Assembly: GCF_009914755.1 (NCBI RefSeq)
Contig: NC_060933.1
Direction: 5' to 3' (one strand)
From: the human T2T-CHM13v2.0 reference genome, Homo sapiens
Length of the DNA stretch: 64,000 nucleotides
Under the pieces are notes generated by a model. The model was not told the origin of the DNA and ran no database searches. It saw only the letters and a list, made by a program, of their open reading frames with translations. How positions within the stretch are numbered: the first letter of the stretch is position 1; the number at the start of each line of letters is the position of its first letter. Positions 53,013 through 64,000 of the stretch are shown piece after piece. The position numbers and the translations under genes were made by a program.

Positions 53013-54699
53013 CGTCATGCCTTCATTCTTTTTTTCACTTGTTCAGTGTCTCATTCATTCAGGCATATAGAACAAATTCTCCATCCAGTCTTCAGGCTTC
53101 TCAGTATTTTTGAAGCAGTGGATTCGGATGACCTCAGAGGACATGTCATGCTGTATTACTTATACTCCAGACTTACAAAAGGACCTCAGCAGCCCGCCCA
53201 GGAAGGTTTTATGCCGTCTTTAGCCTGCAGGTGCCTATGACGGCAGCCCCAGGGACAGACATGAAAAGTTGACATTTAGGCCAAGAAATTTAAAAGTTCC
53301 TCTAGGTTATCTAAACCATAAAGAGGGGCAAGCATCTGCTGTTTAAAAGACAGGCAGACCACTGCTGAAAATATATGACTGCATTTGGAAGCCAAGACCA
53401 AAGACACCAGCCAATTGTCAAACAGATGAAATTCCACTGGTGTACTGTGGTAAGCAAATAGTTGGAAGGCTAAACACGGGTTAGAGTGCATTGGTCAAAG
53501 AAAGCATGTGGTTTCCAAATGACCACGCAGCACATCTGGGGAGGGGGGGCTGGGCGCGGCTGGTAATTTGCACTGATTGATTGGATCAGCCTCGCTGTGT
53601 CAACATGTGGCTGGGATGTTCCGCCTACGGGAAAGTGTCCATGGAGAGGCTCCAGCTCTTACGCCACTGCTTGGGGAACTTGCTGAGCTGAAGCCACAGG
53701 ATTTGGACACACTGAAGACCACCCAGCACTTCTGGACAGTCTGTCCCTTATGGATTAGCAGACATAACTTTCCAAACCAAATAAATTTTATGAGTTGTTG
53801 AGGGAGAACATGCTATCACAAGCAAAATTACAAGCAAGGGAGTGTGGGCCTGCTTGGGGAGCCGCTGCCCTCAGCGTCCCTCTGAGCACTGTGCTAGAGC
53901 AGGAGTAGCTGTTCTCTGGGCACGTCGCCTGGCCAGTGATTTCTCAAACAGCTTTTGGGGTTTCACAGAAGACCAGGAGTATTCACTTCCAGATTCCCTT
54001 TAATTCAGCTCTTGCTGAAAGAGTAAGGCTAGACACGGGGGTGGCTGAGACCATATTCTCCTGTGAAATATATTCCTAGATGAATCAAGAAGGGAGCTGC
54101 CACAGTGAAAGGCAAGAGCATTTTAGTTAAATATTCTTTGTAAGTATTTTGAAAAATCGCCGTGGAGAGTAAAAATGCCAGTTGGTGTGATCAGTGGTGG
54201 GGCCGTGAAGCGTGTGCTCCATTGCGGGTGTTGGGCACTGTAAGGAAAGAATCGAGCGCCGCGCCGCACGTTCACAACGCCCTTTACTCAGTATCTCACA
54301 TAAGGACCAAACATAACGCTCGGACTCCTCAGAAAGCTCACTCCACTTACTGGGTGAATTTTGACAGAAGGTTTAAGAGTAGGTAGAAAAAAGGCCATTT
54401 TATTTTTTTAGCCATGAAACCTGCATTTTGACCATTTTTCGAATCAAGTGACTTAATCTTCTATTTCTCTTTTTAAATCTCACTTTCACAAAATCCTGGA
54501 TTATAACCTTTCATATAAACTGAAATTAAAATATGTATCCTAATTTTTAAGAGTTATAGATTTAAAAAATGGAAATACTCTGAACTGTAAGAACAACGGT
54601 GGTTTTGAGCCTGTTTTGTTTTCCAAACGCAACAAACAACACAATGAAAATCTATTTGAAGATGGAGGAGAAGATCCATTTATGACAGTGAAAACATTG

Positions 54700-55600
54700 A
54701 AAACACAAATACAACAAAACATTAGGAACAAGAAATGTGTAAATCCAATGTGTGAAAAATATATACAACACTCCCTTCAGATCCCAAAAGCTTAACAAAT
54801 GGTAAAACGTATGTGTTCTTGAACAGGCGGACAGACAGCCTTAACATCATGAAAACGCCAGCTCTCTCGATAATCTATATACTTACAGGAGTCTTCCCCC
54901 AACAACACTGGGTGTCTTCCCTGCAACTAGAAAAATTGGTTTCAAAGTTTATGTGGAATATAAGACAAGCAATGATAGCAAAACAAACTAATAACAACCC
55001 TAGTAAAGAAGAGAAATCAAAGGGAATGATCCTTATTTTGTATTGAACACAGTTGATGCCAGCACTAAAGCAGTGATACTGCCGCACGCACATGCAAGAG
55101 ACCAGAGAACCAGAACAGAAGGTAACAAAACAGGCCTGACTATGTGAGAACTGAGAATGTGACAAGGGAACCACCTAAGCCCACAGGACTGTGCTCCAGA
55201 GGCACGCACCCTTTATCACACTCAAGAGGGCGGACATGCTTTACCACCGGAGAACGGGGAAAACAACCGTATTATTTCAACAAATAATTTCAAAACAAAA
55301 AACAAAGAGGGATTGAAAGAGACTTAAAAGAACCATAAACCAAAGGCAATGTGTAGATCTGAACTCTGATTCTTTATTTTTTTTTATTTGAACTCTGATT
55401 CTAACAAACCAACTGGAAGAAAAATTCTAAGACAATCAGGATAATTTAATTCCTGACTAGATATGTGATGATGATAAGGAACTAATGTCAATTTTAAGAT
55501 GTAATAATGGTATTGTAGTTTTGTTTTTTTAAAATGCATTGTATAGCAAGGAAGGGTCTACATATTTAACAATTCTCCAATTTCTCACTGAAAGTATTTA
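54700..55600 (+). mobile_element. Highly decayed L1M fragments
   Basis: AAAATTGGTTTCAAAGTTTATGTGGAATA (ORF2-like) and CCTGACTAGATATGTGATGATGATAAGGAA...ATGGTATTGTAG (L1MC/ME 3' end-like). Confidence 0.55.
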
Positions 55601-55612
55601 AATAAAGAATTG

Positions 55613-55942
<330 letters not shown>

Positions 55943-56648
55943 TTAATAAAATGATTTAAAAACCACAGTATTCTTAACAAAATGTCAAGTTTATAAGCAG
56001 TAAGTATCATTTTAAAATCACATTGCATGTATACCTTGAATTCGGAAATGTGAATGCTTTGGATCTCATTATCTGAGACGGAGAGGGCTCTGCAAATTAT
56101 ACCACACAGTGGATTCACAGTGTTTTCAAACACTGCAGACAGAGCCACTCGTAACTTGGAGTCATGACTACAGCAGTAGTCAGAGGCCATGCAACAATTT
56201 TCAAAGTGGGGTTCAAAGAACTGTTTCCAGAGAGGGAGGGAAGAACTGAGATGCGTTAAAAGAAAAAATCATTATTTAAAAAATTCTTATATTTTTCTTG
56301 GGCCTACGTGGAAACATAAGAAGAAATAAGTACACTTTGTTGGGTTTTGTAGTAATATATATTTTTTAATTTTGAAAACTTTTCTAATTTTTAAATTTTA
56401 TCTAAGTTATTTTAGATAATTTTATTAGATATATATTTGTATGTATATATACAGTGTATATTTTACTTATATATTTTAATATATATTTTAGATTATTATT
56501 TTGGAATTTTACAATATTCTATTTGAAAAGTAACATTTATTTATGATGTATTTTCTTGCATTTAAGAATGGATCACTGGCTTTAAAAATGAGGATTAAAA
56601 GATTCAATTTCTCATCCTACAGATGTTTCATCAAGAAAAGATGAAACT

Positions 56649-56964
<316 letters not shown>

Positions 56965-58656
56965 TCAGAGAATTCTCTGACTCATGAGATGGAGACATCT
57001 GCTACAGAGAAAGTGGGCTAAACTGTAAATAAAGACAAAAAATGTGAGGAAAGTTATTTTTCCCTTGCCTTTACAGATGTTAATGATTTACCTTATTGTG
57101 TCTTATGCAACAATATTTTGAATACTGTTATGGTGCAAGTTAACTGCCACATCAGTTTGAGACCAATCATTCAGAGTCTGAAGAAAAAAAATTTAAATGC
57201 AGATGTGATAAATTAATATGTCACCAAGAGAACTGTACTTCTGCCTTACAATAGAATCTCTGGACTTACTGTATTGCTTGTACTTGTCTGGTATCAGCAC
57301 CAACTTAAGCACAGAAGCTCTTTTATATGAAAGTTGGCCACACACCCAAGTGGTAGGGAAATACTTAAAGTACTGAATAACTATTTTGAATCTCCTGGTT
57401 TTTCCTGGAATAACCGTGTTGACATTTGCACTGATAGCGCAAAAGCAACAGTGGGTAACACAGCTGTGTCTCAGTGGGAATCAGAGCCGAGACAGCCCTC
57501 ACGCTACTCTTCACCACCACACACACACAGTCGAAACACTGCATTTTCACATATGAATGTCTGATGAAGCAGTTTAACATACTGACTTTATTAAACTGTT
57601 GCCCTCAAGGATACTTTTAAAAAAGAATTCTGTACGGTGAAAAGGAAAGTGTGCATAAAGCACTTCTGCTTCATAACAAAAAAAGACGGTTGCCTGGAGA
57701 AAAGCACTCCACTTGTACACCTGCACAACTCTTTCAGCAGTGGGCTCACTTGACCACTTTTTGTCATGGAAATTGACCTGAAAGAATGACTAGCAGACAG
57801 GCAGTGGTCAGTCACATTTTAGGATTAGGCACATACTTTCTCAATAATTAGCAAAGTGACTCAGTCCCCTAAGGAAAATGACTGACAGTGTTTGTAGCCC
57901 ATGATAAATTTTAGCTTTTAAGCAGAAATTAGAATCTTGGAAAATCTATGTCCACCAACATAAGCTTGACAGCTTCCCAATACTTAAAGTCATTTCTGAT
58001 GAGCTCCATGGTGGCAGTAATGACTATAGGTTTTGATACTGCATATGAAATATGTCAATGTTTGGAAGATATACATAACTCAATGAATGAAGATTTTCCA
58101 AATGAACCATGCATAATGCTACAAAATTATGTGTGTTGGCAAAAAAGATCCATTGAAAGTGCAAGACAGACCAATGGGTTTCTAATGTAACAGAGTATGG
58201 AAAGTTAACTGACATAATTTCAGATTCCACATTGCAACTACCCTTTAAAAAATGACCATTTTCAAATTTTGGTGAGCTATCAAAGCAGAATTATCCACAA
58301 TGATCTGCAATGGCTACTAGAATATTCCCGCCTTTCCCAATTACTATCTATGTGGGGCTGGATTTTCTTCATACACTTCAACCAAAACAACACGTCCCAC
58401 CAGAAGCAGATATGAGAATTCAGCAGTCTTAGGGTAGAAAATGAGACTTGCAAAAATGTAAAAACAATGCTGCTTTTGTCAAACATTTTTTTTTTTGCCT
58501 TGGAAAAGAGCATTGCTTTTCATAAAAATAAGCTATTTGTGTTAACGTGTAATAAAATTATTTTTATTTTTTAAGTAACAAACACATTTTTAAAAATTTA
58601 GTTTCAAATATGATAAATATTAATAAGGGTTTAACAGATTTTTAAAACTCTTGGGA

Positions 58657-58872
58657 ATGTATGAACACAAAGAAGGAAACAATAGTCGCTGGGGCCTACC
58701 TGAGCAACGGTAGGAGGGAGAGGAGCAGAAAAGGTAACTACTGGGGACTGAGCTTAATACCTGGGTGATGAAATAATATGTACAACAAAACCCTATGACA
58801 TGTGTTTACCTATGTAACAAACCTTCACATGTACCCCCAAACCTAAAATAAAAGTTAAAAATAAAAAAATAA
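58657..58872 (+). mobile_element. L1PA (older primate subfamily) extreme 3' end
   Basis: CTTAATACCTGGGTGATGAAATAATATGTACAAC...TTTACCTATGTAACAAACCTTCACATGTACCCC...AAATAAAAGTT plus A tail. Confidence 0.88.
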
Positions 58873-58894
58873 AATGCTTTGGGATCCTCAGTAA

Positions 58895-59190
<296 letters not shown>

Positions 59191-59333
59191 GGGATACTCA
59201 GTAATTTTTAAGAGTATAAAGGGTACTGAGACAAAAACGTTTGGACACTGCTGTCGTACAGTCTTTCCAACACACCACAGCCTTCTAAGAAAAGGAAAAA
59301 CGACGCAGGATGACAGGAAACATTTGCCACTTA

Positions 59334-59525
<192 letters not shown>

Positions 59526-59639
59526 TCAAATCTAAGAGCCATGCATAATTAAGGACATATAAAAACCTTCATGCTAAAAAGGTCAAAGACAGATCACCTG
59601 TTTTGCCTCTAAATAAAGAGAATGACTCTAACACCATCG

Positions 59640-60760
59640 ATGAACACTTCTCTTTTATCCAATTCTTTAGGAAGAAATCTTTTAGCTACCATTGCTGTTT
59701 CAGTGTCATTCATGGTCAGGACTTTGTTCTTTATATTCACAGGCACTTAATATGTCCAAAACACAACTCCTGAATTCCCTTCCCAGTGTTCCCTTTCCCC
59801 AGTGCTATCTTGTTTGCTCAGGCCCAAATCCTGATTCCTCCCTTTCTCTCAGGCCCCTCATCTGATCCATCAGTGAATACTAGCAACACATCTGACCTCT
59901 TCTGAACACCTCCATCACTGTCCTCCTAAGTGGAGAGTAACTCACCACCACCTCTAGCCTGGGTGACAGAGTAGCCTCTGGATTTCTTGTTTCTGCACTC
60001 ACTCCTATAGTTTAACATCAGAACAGTTCCAGCACCCCTTTAAAAATTCCGATCACAACACTTGTCTGCTCAAAGCTTTGCAATGGCTTCTCACCTCATG
60101 TAGAGAATAAGCAATGTCTTTCACTAGCCAGCAAGTCCTTCCATGGTGGGTCCCCGTCTGTTTCACTGACTTAATCTCCTTCCACTCTTACCTTTGTCTT
60201 TTCTGCCTCTGACTGCCCCAAATAAAGTCCTGCTGTTCACTCTGCCTGAAATACATGATTAGCTCCCTGGTTGCAGCTCAAATGTCCCTTTGTTAAGTGA
60301 GGTCTTCTCTGATCATCCCATGTCACTATACTGTCTACCATGTGTGGCAATTTAAATGCAAATGAATTAAAATGAAATAAAATTAAAAATCCAGCTCCTC
60401 AACTGCACTAGTCACAGTTCAAGTGCTCAACAGCTATAGGTGGCTGGCGGCTACAGTACCGAACAGTGCACATTTACAGGATGTGCCTGGGACTGCAGAA
60501 AGCGCCACTGGACACTCGAGCTTCAAGTGCCCTCTTACCCGTGCTTTACTTCTCTTCCTGGTACCTTTCACCACCTGACCTACACAGTATTCCCTTATAG
60601 TACTCATGGTTCGCTTCCTCCTCTGAGGGCAGAAGCTCTACAATGGCAGGCAGCTTCTCCTACTTTGCCCACCGCTCTATTCCTAGCACCTAGGGATAAC
60701 TCCTCACACACAGCACGTGCTCAACAAATCCGTCTCCAGTGAATGATAAATAAAATGAAA
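59640..60760 (+). mobile_element. L2 3' region, interrupted by MER3
   Basis: CAGGCACTTAATATGTCCAAAACACAACTCC...CTGCTCAAAGCTTTGCAATGGCTTC...GTGCTCAACAAAT...TGAATGA. Confidence 0.7.
60326..60520 (-). mobile_element. MER3-like hAT MITE
   Basis: AATTAAAATGAAATAAAATTAAAAATCCAGCTCCTCAACTGCACTAGTCACAGTTCAAGTGCTCAACAGC matches the recalled consensus. Confidence 0.72.
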
Positions 60761-61057
60761 GTTCTGGGTGGAGGCTATTCTAGGTATTTTCATATGTAAT
60801 TGTAAATATAGAAATTTAGTCTTGTGTTTTGTGAAACACAAATGAAACCACAGTATAGAGCATGTAGCTGTTCCTCATTCTTAAAAACTTGCTGCCTATT
60901 ATTAAAACAAACATGTTCTGTAATTTAACAATGCCACTATCAGTAGGCACTGAGGCTGTTTCTGGTTTTTCACTATTCAGACAGGGCTGTGGTGCTACCC
61001 TTGCCCATGCCTGTCTGTGCCCATGTGTGAGTATTTGCATACTGAATTGCCTTCCAA

Positions 61058-61381
61058 GGCCAGGGGTGGTGGCTCACACATGGAGACCCAGCACTTTGAA
61101 AGGCTGAGGCAGGCAGATCGCTTGATCCCAGAAGTTTAAGACCAGCACAGGTAACATGGAGAAACCCCAACTCTACAAAAAATACAAAAATTAGCCAGGT
61201 GTGGTGGCTTACGCCTGCGTTGCAGCTACTCGGGGGGGCGGAGGTGGGAGGGTTGCTTGAGCCCAAGAGGTCAAGGCTGCAGTGAGCTGTGTTCATACCA
61301 CTGCACTCCAGCCTGGGAGACAAGAGCGAGACCTGTCTCAAAAAAAAAAAAACAAAAAACAAAAAACAAAACAAAAAAAAA
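61058..61381 (+). mobile_element. AluJ-like
   Basis: Sense dimeric Alu. TSD AATTGCCTTCCAA/AACTGCCTTGCAA. Confidence 0.92.
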
Positions 61382-62054
61382 CTGCCTTGCAAAAGACCAC
61401 ACCAATTTACTTTTCCACCCTTTCCAATTATATCATTATTTGTTTCTATTTCTTGCAAATTTAACGGACAAAAATTGCTATTTCTTTGCCTTAATTTGCA
61501 TTTTCCTGATAACTTGTGAGACAGTAATTGTTACCCACTTGTATTTCCTCTTCAGAGAATTTGTTTATATATTTGTGTATCTTTGTCCTATTTGTTCATT
61601 TAATACCTATTTATTGATCCCCTACTGTAGTCAAGGCTCTGTTTGAGGTGTACATGACACAGATGCAAAGATGACAATGTCTCATCAGGGAGAGGAACAA
61701 TATAATGCCAGATGATACTGAGTGTCATGCTGAAAAGTAAAGAATACTCAGAAGTGACAGAAATTTACCAAGAAGGTGATATGTGAGCAGAGCTCTGAAG
61801 GAAGTACATGAACAAGCACGTATATATCTGGGAAGAAAACATTGCAGACAGATGAAAAGCAAAAGCAAAGGCCCTCAGCATCTGAAAATAGCAAGGGGAC
61901 CAACGTGGCCACACCCAGTGAACCGGGGAGGATGGCGGAAAGGCTTCTGTAGATCACTGTAGGGGCCTGCATATTCTTTTTGTAAAAATTTAGTTTTCAT
62001 TTTTATGAAATTAATAAATGCAACTATATTTTTTGTTTAGACTATTTACTTTAA

Positions 62055-63185
62055 AATTTTTATTTTAATAGCTTGTGGGTAAAAGTAGTTTTTTGTTACA
62101 TGGATGAATTGTATAGTGGTAAATTCTGAGATTTTAATGCATCCATCACCCGAGTAGACTGCACCTAATGTGTAGTTTTTTTCACTACCCCCCATCCCAC
62201 TCTCCTCCCCCTTCTGAGTCTCTGAAGTCCATTATGTCACTCTGTATGCCAGCGATGTCCAATCTTTTTGGCTTCCTTCTTTTTGGAAAAAGAAGAATCG
62301 TCTTGGGTTACACACTAAATACACTAATACCAACGATAGTTGATGAGCTTAAAAAAAATCGCAAAAAAACTATGTTTTAAGCAAGTTTACAGATTTGTGT
62401 TGGGCAGCATTCAAAGCTGTCCTGGGCTGCATGTAGCCCATGGGCCACAGGTTCGACAAGCTTGTTGTATGTCTCTGTGTACTCATAGCTTAGCTCCCAC
62501 TAATAAGTGAGAACATAACAGTTTGTGATTTTCCACTCCTGTGTTACTTCACTTAAAATAATGGCCTCCAGCTCCATTCAAGTTGCTGCAAATATTATTT
62601 TGTTCCTTTTAATGGCTGAGTAGTGTATATATACCATATTTTCTTTATCCACTGATTGGTGGATGGGCACTTATGTTGGTTCCACATCTTTGCAATTGTT
62701 AACTGTGATGCTATAAAAATACATATGCAAGTGGTTTTTTTTTTATATAAAGACATCTTTTCCTTTGGGTAGATAGCCAGTAGTGTAATTGCTGGATCAA
62801 ATAGATCTACTTTTAGCTTTTTGAGGAATCTCCATACTGTTTTCCATAGAGGTTGCACTAATTTATATTCCCACCAGCAGGTATAAGTGTTCTCTTTTCC
62901 CCACATCCATGCCAACATCTAAAAGGCCATTCTTGCAGGAGTAAGGTGGTATCTCATTGTGGTTTTAATTTGCATTTCCCTGATGATTCGTGATGTTGAG
63001 CATTTTTTCATATGCTTGGCCATTTGTACATCTTCTTTTGAGAAATATCTATCATATCCTTTGCCCACTGTTTGATGGGATTGCTTTTTTCTTGATTTGA
63101 GTTCCTTGTAGATTCTGAATACTAGTCCTTTGTCAGATGCATAGTTTGCAATATTTTCTCCCACTCTGTTGGTTGTCTGTTTATT
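62055..63185 (-). mobile_element. L1PB-like 3' portion (ORF2 C-terminus plus 3'UTR), interrupted by MER30
   Basis: ORFs 62595..62918 and 62919..63164 (-) encode L1 ORF2 C-terminal motifs ([20 protein letters not shown]; [21 protein letters not shown]). Confidence 0.92.
62250..62464 (+). mobile_element. MER30 (hAT-Charlie MITE)
   Basis: CAGCGATGTCCAATCTTTTTGGCTTCC...GGCCACAGGTTCGACAAGCTTG. 8-bp TSD CTGTATGC/TTGTATGT. Confidence 0.88.
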
Positions 63186-63375
63186 TCTTTGATGTAACTA
63201 CTTGAAATGGTCAAATAGTTATTCAAAGTTAATCAAAATAGTAGCTTTTGAAAGGGCATTCCTATCCCCATTTTCTGATGTCCAGAAATTACTTTCAACC
63301 CTAATTAATTCTTTAGTACTTCAATGTGTTGTTTGTTGTTCAATACAAACTATAACATCAAATTTGTAGTGGGAG

Positions 63376-63795
<420 letters not shown>

Positions 63796-64000
63796 CTACC
63801 ATTTCTTCTTACAGGTTAGGGAGACAAACAGGACTGTTTGTAAAAGGTAGATTCAATCTTGCTGTGAATTTGTACAGAAATGAATAAATGATTATTTATT
63901 TACAGAATGGAATGCTATATGGCAGTTTAAATGAATAAACTGTACCTACATTATCTGCATACATAAATCTCAAAAGTTGAATGAATGAAGAAAGCAAGTT

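Overview
Human/primate genomic DNA, not prokaryotic. The window holds the 3' half of FANCC (Fanconi anemia complementation group C, 9q22.3) on the minus strand. Nine coding exons (7-15 in the usual 15-exon numbering; 1156 coding nt, residues ~174-558) were reconstructed by eye. All have GT-AG boundaries and join in frame to the known C-terminus (...[13 protein letters not shown]), followed by a ~2.65 kb 3'UTR. A 150-nt alternative last exon in intron 13 gives a 492-aa short isoform. Introns are filled with Alu, L1, L2, MIR, MER21 and hAT DNA-transposon relics (MER20, MER96B-like, MER1B, Charlie1, MER3, MER30). They also hold an RPS26 processed pseudogene inserted into an Alu and an internally deleted 5S rRNA retrocopy abutting an Alu monomer. 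Bases 1-8.4 kb are GC-rich non-coding DNA downstream of FANCC; from recalled annotation AOPEP and miR-23b/27b/24-1 lie just left of the window. I found no convincing undescribed biological system. The best second-look items are a poly(A) signal possibly donated by a DNA transposon, a CpG-rich intronic element with a full two-module CTCF motif, and several unusual retrotransposition structures. Repeat family names come from recalled consensus sequences and their boundaries are approximate.
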